64,000 bases of DNA, taken from positions 95,383-159,382 of the forward strand of contig JAEURZ010000002.1 in the NCBI GenBank assembly GCA_016788905.1, given 5' to 3'. Under the pieces are notes generated by a model. The model did no database searches, was not told the DNA's origin, and worked only from the letters and a program-made list of their open reading frames with translations. This stretch comes from Elusimicrobiota bacterium (lineage in GTDB: Bacteria > Elusimicrobiota > Elusimicrobia > FEN-1173). A program made the translations under genes and the position numbers. This document shows positions 9,480-19,418 of the stretch, piece by piece; the stretch's first letter is position 1; each line of letters starts with the position of its first letter.

Positions 9480-10650
9480 TTCGAAGACCAACGGTTTGTC
9501 CCCTGATCCTTTTAAATCCGACCTTCCCCTCCGGTCGTTGACCGCCGACGTGGCCCATGAAATTTCGAACCAGTTGGGGTGTCTCGTTCTGCTCCCCGAC
9601 CTTATCCTAGGCCATCTCCCTCCCGAGAGTCCCCTCGCCAACGATCTCCGGCAGATTCGCCGAGCCGCTCACCGCATTGACGAGCTATCGACCCATTTGT
9701 CCCTCCTTTCCTTGGACCGGGACGAACGGGCCACTCTTAATTTGAATTTACCGGTTCACCAAGCCACCGAAACCGAGGGATGGACCGCTCTTCTGAGGGA
9801 TCACCCGGAGACAACGGTTCAGACAACTTTGGAGGAAATTCTTCCTCCCATTTCGGGGTCAGCGGATTGGATACTCGTCATTGCGGGAAACCTTCTCCGA
9901 AACGCTCTTGATGCCCACCCGCAAGGGGCCATCGCCGTTAGCACGTTCCCCAAAACGTTGAATGAAGATTTCGATGGCTGGGAACGTATCCCCCTGGGTT
10001 CCTACGCCGTTCTCTCGGTCACCGACCGGGGTCCCGTTTTGACTCCCGTTCACCGATTAAAGCTTTTTGAACCCTATTACGCCTCCAACACCCTGGGACG
10101 CCGGTCAATGTCCGGGTTGGGGATGGCCGTCGTCCGTCAACTGGCCCGACGGCAAGGGGCCTATCTGGATGTTCGTTCAGAAGGACAGGGGACCACCATC
10201 GACCTCTACTTCCCGGCCAGCGTCATGGCCGGAAAACCGCAATCCACCCCTCCCTTGCGAGACAAAGTCCTTGTGGTGGATGACCGGGAAGAACAACGCA
10301 ACGTGATCTCACGCATTTTAAAGGGGCAGGGATACGCTGTCGCTTCCTTGGCTGGAGGAACCGAGGCGATAACCCATCTGGAAGAACACGGCGGGGACCT
10401 GATCATTCTCGACATCTCCTTGCGTCGGGACCGGGAAGGGTTGGATCTCCACGCCCAGATCCGGTCCCGATGGCCCGCCAAAAAGATTCTTCTGATCAGC
10501 GGTCACCCGCGCGAAGCGTATGCGGATGTTTTGGGGCGCGTCGGGGATTGTCCTTTCTTAAAGAAACCTTTCCGAGCGGAAGAACTGTTGGTTGCGGCAG
10601 GCAATCTTCTCCCACCCCCCAACCCCGTTCGGATTTCCCTCCCCACATGA
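9472..10650 (+). CDS. cytoplasmic histidine kinase with C-terminal receiver domain (no sensor/TM domain)
   Basis: H-box ADVAHEISNQLG, HATPase_c G-boxes, receiver KVLVVDD..D.IILD; no hydrophobic segments. Confidence 0.8.
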   Translation: MTDSKTNGLSPDPFKSDLPLRSLTADVAHEISNQLGCLVLLPDLILGHLPPESPLANDLRQIRRAAHRIDELSTHLSLLSLDRDERATLNLNLPVHQATETEGWTALLRDHPETTVQTTLEEILPPISGSADWILVIAGNLLRNALDAHPQGAIAVSTFPKTLNEDFDGWERIPLGSYAVLSVTDRGPVLTPVHRLKLFEPYYASNTLGRRSMSGLGMAVVRQLARRQGAYLDVRSEGQGTTIDLYFPASVMAGKPQSTPPLRDKVLVVDDREEQRNVISRILKGQGYAVASLAGGTEAITHLEEHGGDLIILDISLRRDREGLDLHAQIRSRWPAKKILLISGHPREAYADVLGRVGDCPFLKKPFRAEELLVAAGNLLPPPNPVRISLPT

Positions 10651-11840
10651 CCGACGGACCCAATGCAACCCCTCGCGGCCGGGTTGAACCCCGACCCGGA
10701 TTGCGCGCCCTTCAACAACTTGTTCCCCGGCTGAAAATCGCGCGAGTCCTCTCGATGCCGGAAGACAGTTTTGGTCAATTGGTTCTTTCGGTGGAGAGGG
10801 ATCCTCTTTTTCGTAAATTTTTTCACACCGACAATCCCCAACACAAACTCTTTTCCTACCAACGCTACCCACGGAGTGGTCTCACGTCGGGTTTCCTCGA
10901 ACTTCGCGATGAGGTCTCGCCGTCTTCAGGAGAAGCGGATATTGAATCCTTGCTGGAAGAGAAGCGGGATCTCATCGATCTTTGCCACCGGATTGGACGT
11001 TCCAATTTCGAGACCTATTTCCTTTACGCGGACCGAACCGGGTCCCCTGAAACCATCGCCCGCGCCTGTGGACTGACCCCGGAGGAGTCCAGACGCCTGT
11101 TGGACCTCACCACCCAAATTGGAATTCGTGCTGAATTTTACACCGCCCCGTCCTCCACCCCCGAGAATTTCAACACGTTCTCTCGCATCGCCCACATCGA
11201 CCGAGACGGAGAAGGTTTTTCCATTCGCTACACGTCTCTTCGGTACGGACGAGGGCGGTATGCGATTCAATACGAAAAGTTGGAATCCCTCAAAAAAGAT
11301 CCTTCCCTTACCCCGGCAGAAAAACGCGCCCTAAGGAAACTCATTCAATCCATGGAACTGGTGAACGCCCGCCGCTCCACCATGAACCAAATTTTAGAAG
11401 CCGTGATGGACCATCAGCGGTCTTTTTTAGTGTCGGGAAAGGAAGAAGACTTAAAGGATTTTACCCAAGACCGCCTGGCGGCAAAACTGGGGGTTCACCC
11501 CAGCACCGTCTGCCGGGCCGTGGCGTCTAAAGCGGTCCTGGCTCCCTGGAACCAGGAACTCCCGCTTCGGGATTTTCTGGGACGCGGGTCATTGCATGGA
11601 ACACTGGCGGAACTTGTTCGACTCATTGAGCGGGAGGAGGCTCTTTTCCGCTCGGGGGAGATCCCACTTCCCTTTCGGGACTCGGAATTGGCCGGCCAAC
11701 TGAAATCAGGGAGAAAAGTTTCGATCGCTGTTCGTACGGTCTCCAAATACCGCTCACTGGCCGGCATCCCGAACGTTTACACGCGCGCTCAAAATTACCG
11801 ACAACCTCCGCCAACCCCTCAGGCGGTTTCAAACCACTAA
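10647..11840 (+). CDS. rpoN: RNA polymerase sigma-54 factor, short form (397 aa) with degenerate region I
   Basis: RpoN box AVRTVSKYR, HTH LAAKLGVHPSTVCRAVASKAV, region-I-like LRALQQLV..RDPLF; ATGA overlap with kinase stop. Confidence 0.8.
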   Translation: MTDGPNATPRGRVEPRPGLRALQQLVPRLKIARVLSMPEDSFGQLVLSVERDPLFRKFFHTDNPQHKLFSYQRYPRSGLTSGFLELRDEVSPSSGEADIESLLEEKRDLIDLCHRIGRSNFETYFLYADRTGSPETIARACGLTPEESRRLLDLTTQIGIRAEFYTAPSSTPENFNTFSRIAHIDRDGEGFSIRYTSLRYGRGRYAIQYEKLESLKKDPSLTPAEKRALRKLIQSMELVNARRSTMNQILEAVMDHQRSFLVSGKEEDLKDFTQDRLAAKLGVHPSTVCRAVASKAVLAPWNQELPLRDFLGRGSLHGTLAELVRLIEREEALFRSGEIPLPFRDSELAGQLKSGRKVSIAVRTVSKYRSLAGIPNVYTRAQNYRQPPPTPQAVSNH

Positions 11841-14800
11841 AGAGATCCCATTGGTTGGGGTGGGGTTATTTTGGAAAGGAGCGTGACGAGGGTGGCTTTG
11901 CGGACAGGTTTCGTGAGGTGCCCATCGCAACCCGCCTCCAAACTACGGGCCTCGTCCTCCTTTAAAGCATTGGCACTCAGAGCGTAGATGGGGGTACGGG
12001 AAATCCCTTTTTCTTTTTCCCAGGCACGGATGGCCCGGGTGGCGGCGTAACCATCCCACACGGGCATTTGCACATCCATCAAAACAATATCAAAAGGTCC
12101 CGTCCCCGGTTCGGTTCTGGACGTCCCCGACGCTTCTTTGAAAGATTCGAAGGCTTCTTTGCCATTTTCCGCCGACTTCCATTTGTGGGGAAAATCGCGA
12201 AAGAGCGCCAAAATAAGAAATCGGTTGTCCTCGGAATCATCCACCAGCAAAACCCGTAAAGGAGTCGCCACCGTTAGATTTTTTTTATCGGTCGCCACCA
12301 CTGCAGTCGGGCGGGGGCCGGCTCCAACCAATTCATGGACCACTTCCAAAATTTCGTGGCGTTTTAGGGGTTTGTTAATGCTCCGCGTGACACCCAACTC
12401 CCGTGCCCGCGCGGCATCCCCTTCTCGGGGATCAGAGGTGAGGATGGAGAGGGGGATGGTTTTTCCCTTGGGGTTCTGACGAATGACTTCCGCAACGTCG
12501 AGTCCCCCTTTCGGCGGCATCCGGCCATCCAGGAGAACCACATCAAAGGTTTCGCCCCGGGCCCAGGCGGATTCCAGAATCGAAAGAGCCTGGTCTCCAT
12601 CCGACGCTTCCGCTAAGAGAGCTCCGGTGGGGGCCAGATAGTCCCTCAAAATCAAGCGGTTCGCGGGATTGTCGTCCGCCAAAAGTAGCCGGCGACCCGC
12701 AAACGAGGGGACGTCCGATTCCCGTCGGGTCGCCAGGAGCGGTTCGGGCGTCCCCATGGGCAGGCGCACGCGGAACGAAAAAGTACTCCCTTTTCCCGAA
12801 GCGCTTTCCACCTGTACTTTTCCCCCCATCATTTCCACCAATCTCTTTGAGATCGCCAATCCCAATCCCGTCCCCCCGTATTTACGCGTTGTGGAAGAGT
12901 CCACCTGGGTAAACGTTCCAAACAGAGTCACCAGTTTTTCTTTCGGAATTCCAATCCCAGAATCACGCACCGTAAACAAAATAGATTCCCCATCCGCGGC
13001 GGACGGGTCAGCCCCTACAGTGACAACCACCTCGCCCTTCTCTGTAAATTTAACCGCGTTCCCCACCAGGTTTACGAGAACCTGCCGCAGTCGGGTGGGA
13101 TCCCCCTTTCGGAGGGTGGGGAGGTCCCCCGCCACATGACACGCAAGTTCGAGCCCTTTTCCAAAGGCACGGAGCGCCATCATTTCCCCAACCCGGTCCA
13201 CCATTTCACGCACGTCGAAATCGATGGTTTCCAAGTCCAATCGCCCAGCTTCCACTTTAGACAGATCCAGGATATCATTGATCAGATCCAATAAATTTTC
13301 GCCCGCGCGGGTCAAAATTTTTACGTATTTGCGCTGTTCGGGATCTAACGTGGTTTCACCCAAGAGTTCCGACATCCCGATAATGGAATTCATGGGCGTT
13401 CGGATTTCGTGACTCATGGTGGCGAGAAAGGTGCTTTTCGCTAAATTGGCCGCGTCCGCCTGTTCCTTGGCGCGGGAAAGTTCATCCGCTTGAGATTTGA
13501 GCCGAGCGGTTTGTTCATGCACCTGACCCCGAGATGCCTCCAATTCGTGCACATACCGTGTGAGCGAATCCTCAGCCTCTTTATGGCTGGTGATGTCCGC
13601 GATCACCCCCACCAACCGGACCGGGGCGCCTGCTGAAGTCGGTGGCGCCATTCCAGTGAGTCGAAACCATCGGTAGGAACCGTCCCGGGCCTGGAACCGA
13701 CATTCCATTCGGAGCGGCCAGCCGGAGTCCACATGTTTTTTGATGGCTTTCTCGCCCTCTTCTCGATCCAACGGATGGAACCGTGTCATAAACTCACCGT
13801 AGGGTTCTTGCCCTTCCTTCGCGGGATACCCCAAGAGTTCCCGAAACCGGGCCGAGGTGGTGACAACGCCACTGGGAATATCCCAATCCCACAACCCGTC
13901 GTTGGAACCCGCCATGGCCAATCGAAGTTTTTGTTGAACGGCGTTCAAGCGCGCGGCAATCCGACGCGCCAGAGCCATCACGCGCGCGCGCCCCGATGTC
14001 GCAAACCGAACCACGAAAAACAAAAAGAGACTGAACGCCGTTCCTCCCAGCAAAAGCCAAAGCGGGGACCGCAGCGCTCCCTTGGAGATGAGGTTCCATC
14101 CCGTGGATACGTCAAGGACCCAGATCCGTCCCCCCATATGAACCATACGTTCCGCGGTTCCAAAAGAAGCCCAGGATCCCTGGGAAGAAAAGTTCTCGGA
14201 TTGGAAAATCGGATGGTATTCCCCCGCCTCCCCGATTTCACGGAACCGCGCTCGCGCCTCATCTTTCGAAAGAAGGCTTTTCCTCGCCATGGATTGGACA
14301 TCCAAAAGCGTGAACACGTATCGTCGGGTCCGGGCCGACCCCGGGAATTCCGCTACCAAAAGAGCTCGAGGCGAAGAAGCGAGGGATGGAGGGAGGACGG
14401 GGCTAAGAACAGAATGTTTTCCCGCCGTCGTGCGTTCGATCGTTGTCTTAAAACTCCGTGCTTCAAACCAACGGGTTGGAACTTTCTCGCCCTCCTGGGA
14501 CCAAAGAACGTCCAGGCGCGGTTTCCCACCATTGGTCGACAAGGAAAGGATCCCCGTGGCCACCCAACCGGCTCCTTTATTTAATCCCAACGCTTCCACA
14601 AATCCTTTCAGTTGTTTCTCCTCGCGAATAGGGCCTTGCTGCACAAACACACGTAACGCTTCCACCCCCTGTGCTTGAAGGGCCAAGGCCGCTTGAAGGG
14701 CGCTTTCGGCGCTCTGAGCCGTCCGTTCACAACGGGCGCGCTCTTGGGATTGACTTTCCCAAAGGGTCACCCCGGACACCCAAAGCGTAATTCCAAAACT

Positions 14801-14926
14801 CACCGCAAAGATCCCCCCGGCCAGGGGCCAGCGGCGGACTAAGGATGTGGGGTCAAAGATCGCGCCCCACCAATACCGTGTTAGGGGATTTTTTTTAGGT
14901 CGAAAAGATGGAATTCCCTGTGGCAT
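11837..14926 (-). CDS. hybrid sensor histidine kinase (2 TM periplasmic sensor, PAS, HisKA, HATPase, two receiver domains)
   Basis: MSHEIRTPMNSIIGMSELL H-box; HATPase motifs; two D-containing REC domains; RBS GGGAGGA. Confidence 0.85.
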   Translation of the reverse strand: MPQGIPSFRPKKNPLTRYWWGAIFDPTSLVRRWPLAGGIFAVSFGITLWVSGVTLWESQSQERARCERTAQSAESALQAALALQAQGVEALRVFVQQGPIREEKQLKGFVEALGLNKGAGWVATGILSLSTNGGKPRLDVLWSQEGEKVPTRWFEARSFKTTIERTTAGKHSVLSPVLPPSLASSPRALLVAEFPGSARTRRYVFTLLDVQSMARKSLLSKDEARARFREIGEAGEYHPIFQSENFSSQGSWASFGTAERMVHMGGRIWVLDVSTGWNLISKGALRSPLWLLLGGTAFSLFLFFVVRFATSGRARVMALARRIAARLNAVQQKLRLAMAGSNDGLWDWDIPSGVVTTSARFRELLGYPAKEGQEPYGEFMTRFHPLDREEGEKAIKKHVDSGWPLRMECRFQARDGSYRWFRLTGMAPPTSAGAPVRLVGVIADITSHKEAEDSLTRYVHELEASRGQVHEQTARLKSQADELSRAKEQADAANLAKSTFLATMSHEIRTPMNSIIGMSELLGETTLDPEQRKYVKILTRAGENLLDLINDILDLSKVEAGRLDLETIDFDVREMVDRVGEMMALRAFGKGLELACHVAGDLPTLRKGDPTRLRQVLVNLVGNAVKFTEKGEVVVTVGADPSAADGESILFTVRDSGIGIPKEKLVTLFGTFTQVDSSTTRKYGGTGLGLAISKRLVEMMGGKVQVESASGKGSTFSFRVRLPMGTPEPLLATRRESDVPSFAGRRLLLADDNPANRLILRDYLAPTGALLAEASDGDQALSILESAWARGETFDVVLLDGRMPPKGGLDVAEVIRQNPKGKTIPLSILTSDPREGDAARARELGVTRSINKPLKRHEILEVVHELVGAGPRPTAVVATDKKNLTVATPLRVLLVDDSEDNRFLILALFRDFPHKWKSAENGKEAFESFKEASGTSRTEPGTGPFDIVLMDVQMPVWDGYAATRAIRAWEKEKGISRTPIYALSANALKEDEARSLEAGCDGHLTKPVRKATLVTLLSKITPPQPMGSL

Positions 14927-14935
14927 GCGTCCTCC

Positions 14936-15307
14936 CTAGTCTAGGGGTGAAGGGGGACGGGTCGCCCGAATTAGGCGTCGTTCCTCCCGTCGAATCCGTT
15001 CAAGTGAGAATCCTTCCCGCAATTGAAACACCGCTTCGCGCTCGTTCCCGCGGAGCACGGTTCCTTCCACCGTTTCAGGGGAATCCTCAAAGTAAACGAC
15101 GGCCCGTACCCACGTCCCTCGAACAAACGGAGTGTGCCCTTCCACACTCAAACGCATCCCCCGTTCACTGATATCCAACACCTCAAAACGAACACCAGAC
15201 CACTCACACAGGGGGCGCCCACGGAAGGGAAATTCCACGCGAAAAAGTGCCCGATCGGCCCGAGAAGCGGACCCATCAGACGAAGGGGGATTGGAAGAGG
15301 AAGACAT
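14936..15307 (-). CDS. stand-alone PilZ-domain c-di-GMP binding protein
   Basis: RADRALFR (RxxxR) and DISERG (DxSxxG) motifs with canonical spacing. Confidence 0.75.
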   Translation of the reverse strand: MSSSSNPPSSDGSASRADRALFRVEFPFRGRPLCEWSGVRFEVLDISERGMRLSVEGHTPFVRGTWVRAVVYFEDSPETVEGTVLRGNEREAVFQLREGFSLERIRREERRLIRATRPPSPLD

Positions 15308-15313
15308 TTCTGT

Positions 15314-16192
15314 TTAAACCCCTTTCTCGTGACCCGGGACGGCAGGGACCGTCCCTTTCGCCATAGACGGGACGCCCGCCGCGGGAGGGGGTACCCCCAA
15401 ACTTTTCTTGACCGCCGCTACCGCCGCCGTGTGAATTTGACACGCCCGGGATTCCGTCACTTTCAACGCCATTCCGATTTCCCGGAAGGTCAGTTCTTCT
15501 TGGTAATAGAGCGCGAGCACCAATCGCTCTTTTTCGGGCAAGGCGTCTAAAACCGCTTTAATCTGTTGAAGCACTTCCTGTCGTTCCATCGTATCCAAAG
15601 CCAAAGGCCCGCCATCGTTCATGGACGACGCCAAAGCCAGATCCTGGGGCGTGTCGTTGGACATGTCCACCGCGTCCAAAGAAACGGAGGAGGCATGGGA
15701 CACTTCCCAACACAGATCTCGCATGGATTCGGGAGACAGGTTCAACACCTGGCGAATTTCTTCTTGCGAGGGTTCGCGCCCCAGTTCTTCACGCAAAACG
15801 GTTTGAACACGCCGATAATTTTCAACCCGCCGCCGTGCGCCACGACCCAACGGGTCAAGACCCCGCAAATGATCGAGGACACTTCCTTGAATCCAGCGAT
15901 AGGCAAAAGTGTCAAATTTAACGTTCCGGGCCGGGTCGAATCGATCAAAAGCGCGGATCAACCCGACCGCACCCGCGCTTTCCAAATCGTCCCGATCGGC
16001 CTGGGGAACCAGGATGGCTTTCATTCGACCCACAATGTGGCGAACCAAAGGCGCGTGCATCGCTAAAATCTCTTCCCGGGCCCCGGGATCGTTATTTTGG
16101 AAATAGCGATCCCAAAGGACCTGGGGGTCCGGTGGGGTCGACGTTGGAGGGCCCAGGGGAAGGGGGCCCGATGGCTTTTTCAAGGGAATCAT
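15314..16192 (-). CDS. fliA: flagellar sigma factor FliA/sigma-28
   Basis: Sigma-70 family regions 2, 3 and 4; size 292 aa; follows flhA as in fla/che operons. Confidence 0.85.
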   Translation of the reverse strand: MIPLKKPSGPLPLGPPTSTPPDPQVLWDRYFQNNDPGAREEILAMHAPLVRHIVGRMKAILVPQADRDDLESAGAVGLIRAFDRFDPARNVKFDTFAYRWIQGSVLDHLRGLDPLGRGARRRVENYRRVQTVLREELGREPSQEEIRQVLNLSPESMRDLCWEVSHASSVSLDAVDMSNDTPQDLALASSMNDGGPLALDTMERQEVLQQIKAVLDALPEKERLVLALYYQEELTFREIGMALKVTESRACQIHTAAVAAVKKSLGVPPPAAGVPSMAKGTVPAVPGHEKGV

Positions 16193-18294
16193 GTGGCGGC
16201 CGCCGTGCGGGACGGGACATCCACCACGCCCAAAGATTTTACTCGGGTATCGGCCGTAATCTCATTGGGGGAGAGAACCACCAAGCGGGGAAGGAACCGT
16301 TCGAAATGCCTTTTGACGAAGGGCCGAAGGCCCGCCGCGCATAAAAGGATAGACCGTTCCGTTCCCCCCGTAGGCGCCGCCAGCCGCAGAGAGAGAGCAC
16401 GGACGAGATCGTCTGAAAACGCGGGATCTATCATCAAACGGGAGGACCGTTCCCCCCGCGTTATGGCTTCTTGGAGGCGCCTCTCAACAACAGGGGAAAG
16501 AGTGGCACACCACAAATTCCCCTCCGGATCTCGATATTGGAGGGAGATTTGCCGGGAGAGAGCCGCTCGGGCGTATTCGGTCAACAGGTCCGGATCTTTG
16601 CTCATCGTCGCCGCCTCCGCCAACGCTTCCAAAATGACGGTCAGGTTCCGAATGGAGACCCGTTCCCCCAAAAGGTTTTGAAGGACACGATGAACGGTTC
16701 CCAGGGGCAAGAGCGCCGGGATCAAATCGTCCACCGTCACCGTTTGGCCCCGGGCCTTGAGATCGTTAAGAAGTGTTTGCAGATCCTGGCGACTCAAGAT
16801 TTCGTGGGCATGGTCCAGGAGGAGTTCGGTCAGATGGGTGGCCAAAACAGCGCCGTTATCCACCACGGTGATGCCTTCCATGGAGGCTTTGCGTTTTTCA
16901 CTTTCCGGCACCCACAGGGCCGGCAATCCAAACGCCGGTTCCCGCGCGGGGATACCGCGAAGAGTGGCGGAGAGGTCTTTGCCTTCTTGAGCATCGGAGA
17001 GGGCCAAAGCGTGTCCCGGCATCAATTCGCCCCGAGCCACTTCCAAACCTCGGATTTTCAGCGCGTAGCTGTTCGGCGGGAGTAGACTGGAATCTCGAAT
17101 ACGGACCGGGGGAACCACAATCCCCAACTCCCGAGCCAAGCGACGCCGAATATGACCCACCCGCTCCAACAGGTCCCCGTCCGTTCCCTCCACTAGAAAT
17201 ATGAGCCCAAACCCCAGTTCCAGTTCCAGGGGTTCCACCGCCAACAACGAGGCCATATCTTCAGGTCCCGTTTTGGGCGTTTCCGCGGCACGGGGTTTCG
17301 TCACGGTCACAGGAGCGGTCGAGGCCTTTTTCGCCCCGAAAGAAAAGGCAGCCAAAATTCCTCCCACAGCGATGAACGGGATGACCGGCAACCCCGTCAT
17401 CAGCCCCGTGATCCCCAATATCCCCATGGTGCCCGCCGCCATCGCGATGGAACGGGGATTCGCAGCCATTTGGCGCGCCCATTCCTGCCCCACGGGAGCC
17501 CGTGTCGCCGACCGAGTCACAAGGATACCCGCCGCGGTGGAAACCACCAGAGCCGGGATTTGGTGAGCCAAACCGTCCCCGATGGTCAATACCGTGTAGG
17601 TCCGGAGAACGTCCACAATATCCATGTTCCGACGCATCATACCGATGACGACCCCGCCAATAATATTGACCGCCACCACCACCAACCCCGCCACCGCGTC
17701 CCCGCGAACAAATTTCGACGCGCCATCCATGGCTCCAAAGAAATCCGCTTCCCGCTGAATGGCTTCTCGCCGAGTACGGGCCTGTTTTTCATCAATCAAC
17801 CCCGCATTCATTTCGGCATCCACCGCCATTTGTTTTCCGGGCATGGCGTCTAAAGTGAATCGGGCGGCCACTTCCGACACTCGCTCAGACCCTTTGGTGA
17901 TCACAAGAAATTGAACAATCACGAGGATGAGAAACACCACAAATCCCACCACCGCGTCGCCCCGTACCACGACTTTGCCAAAAGCTTCCACCACCGATCC
18001 GGGATCCCCTGACAACAAAATCAGTTTGGTGGTGGCAAGATTCAGGGCCAAACGAAACAGAGTCAAACCCAGCAAAACGGAAGGGAAAATAGAAAATTCA
18101 AGAACATCCTTGATGCCCATCACCACCAGGAGCACGGTCACCGAAAGCGCCAGATTTGTCACCACCAACAAACTCACGGACCAGGACGGCAGGGGAACAA
18201 TCATCATCCCCAAAATACTGAGGAGGCCAACGGCCCCCAACAAATCCCACAATTTCACCCGCCCCTTCGTTGGGGGAGCGCCCTCAAAGCTCAT
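16189..18294 (-). CDS. flhA: flagellar export apparatus protein FlhA
   Basis: 701 aa, 8 TM N-domain, FHIPEP motifs, cytoplasmic C-domain. Confidence 0.95.
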   Translation of the reverse strand: MSFEGAPPTKGRVKLWDLLGAVGLLSILGMMIVPLPSWSVSLLVVTNLALSVTVLLVVMGIKDVLEFSIFPSVLLGLTLFRLALNLATTKLILLSGDPGSVVEAFGKVVVRGDAVVGFVVFLILVIVQFLVITKGSERVSEVAARFTLDAMPGKQMAVDAEMNAGLIDEKQARTRREAIQREADFFGAMDGASKFVRGDAVAGLVVVAVNIIGGVVIGMMRRNMDIVDVLRTYTVLTIGDGLAHQIPALVVSTAAGILVTRSATRAPVGQEWARQMAANPRSIAMAAGTMGILGITGLMTGLPVIPFIAVGGILAAFSFGAKKASTAPVTVTKPRAAETPKTGPEDMASLLAVEPLELELGFGLIFLVEGTDGDLLERVGHIRRRLARELGIVVPPVRIRDSSLLPPNSYALKIRGLEVARGELMPGHALALSDAQEGKDLSATLRGIPAREPAFGLPALWVPESEKRKASMEGITVVDNGAVLATHLTELLLDHAHEILSRQDLQTLLNDLKARGQTVTVDDLIPALLPLGTVHRVLQNLLGERVSIRNLTVILEALAEAATMSKDPDLLTEYARAALSRQISLQYRDPEGNLWCATLSPVVERRLQEAITRGERSSRLMIDPAFSDDLVRALSLRLAAPTGGTERSILLCAAGLRPFVKRHFERFLPRLVVLSPNEITADTRVKSLGVVDVPSRTAAAT

Positions 18295-18341
18295 TCAAAA
18301 CCCTCCTTTTATATCTAAAAGAATCGAGATAGGAGCGCCAT

Positions 18342-19409
18342 CTAAGACCGGACCCTATTTTTGAGTCGATACACATAGGCCAAGACCTCGGCCACAGCCT
18401 GATAAAGTCCCACCGGTACGGGATCACCCACCTCTACTTTCTTATACAAGAGTTGTGCCAAGGGCTTGTTTTCCAATAGGGGAACCCCGTTGGCCAGGGC
18501 TGTTTCCCGGATCCGTTGAGCCATCAGGCCCGCTCCTTTCGCCACCACTTCAGGAGCACGCATACGGGACCGATATTGAATGGCCACGGCCAAATGGGTG
18601 GGATTCGTAACCACCACATCGGCTTTGGGAACCTGACTCATCATTCGCCGACTTGACATTTTTCGCATCAATGTCCGGATGCGGGATTTGATCTGCGGGT
18701 TCCCTTCCGTTTCCTTATTTTCGTCTTTGACCTCCTGCAAGGTCATGCGCAGGTCCTTGGACACTCGCCGGAATTCTTTGGCGTAGTCCCACACCGCGAT
18801 CGCCACGAAAAATGCTGTGCATTGCCACAACATTTTTGAAGAGAGAGCCCAGGTCGATTCGGCCAAAGCAGCGGGGGACATCTCGACCATCAGTGGCGCT
18901 TGAGCCCAAAAGACCTTTAAGGTGAGGTAGGCAATGAATCCGAATCCCGACGCTTTTAATGCCGTCTTTCCCGCGTCCACCCATTGGCGGATGGAAACCA
19001 ACCGACCAAATCCTGTGATGGGATTTAACTTGTCGAATTTAGGTTTAAGAAGACCGGGGGTGAATCGAAACCCCATTTGCCCCCACCCGAAAACCAGCGC
19101 CCCGGAGGCACAGGCCAGGAGAATGGGCGCGAAAAGCCACAGGAGACTAATCACCGATCGCTGGATTGGCTCAAAAATATTTTCTTCCATGAGGGGGGCC
19201 CGGGAGAGAGCAAGACTGATTTCGTTCCAAAGGGTGGCCCAGCGACCTTTCCACGCCGATCCGGTGGCCCCGATGGCGATGATCCCCAGGGCGAGGGCCG
19301 CGACACCAGGAACTTCTCGACTGTGGGCAACGGTGCCTTCCTTTTTTGCTTTTTCGAGGCGGCGGGGGGTGGGTTTCTCTGTCTTTTCTTTTCCGTCATT
19401 CGCGGCCAT
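18342..19409 (-). CDS. flhB: flagellar export protein FlhB
   Basis: NPTH autocleavage motif (VVTNPTHLAVAIQY), 4 TM. Confidence 0.9.
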   Translation of the reverse strand: MAANDGKEKTEKPTPRRLEKAKKEGTVAHSREVPGVAALALGIIAIGATGSAWKGRWATLWNEISLALSRAPLMEENIFEPIQRSVISLLWLFAPILLACASGALVFGWGQMGFRFTPGLLKPKFDKLNPITGFGRLVSIRQWVDAGKTALKASGFGFIAYLTLKVFWAQAPLMVEMSPAALAESTWALSSKMLWQCTAFFVAIAVWDYAKEFRRVSKDLRMTLQEVKDENKETEGNPQIKSRIRTLMRKMSSRRMMSQVPKADVVVTNPTHLAVAIQYRSRMRAPEVVAKGAGLMAQRIRETALANGVPLLENKPLAQLLYKKVEVGDPVPVGLYQAVAEVLAYVYRLKNRVRS

Positions 19410-19418
19410 GGGAAGCGC

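Noticed and set aside
12285-12292. ACCGATAA (sigma-28 -10 like) on the minus strand inside the hybrid kinase gene
   Set aside because: Intragenic, no -35 partner or downstream start; an 8-mer of this kind is expected about once or twice by chance in 128 kb of two strands.
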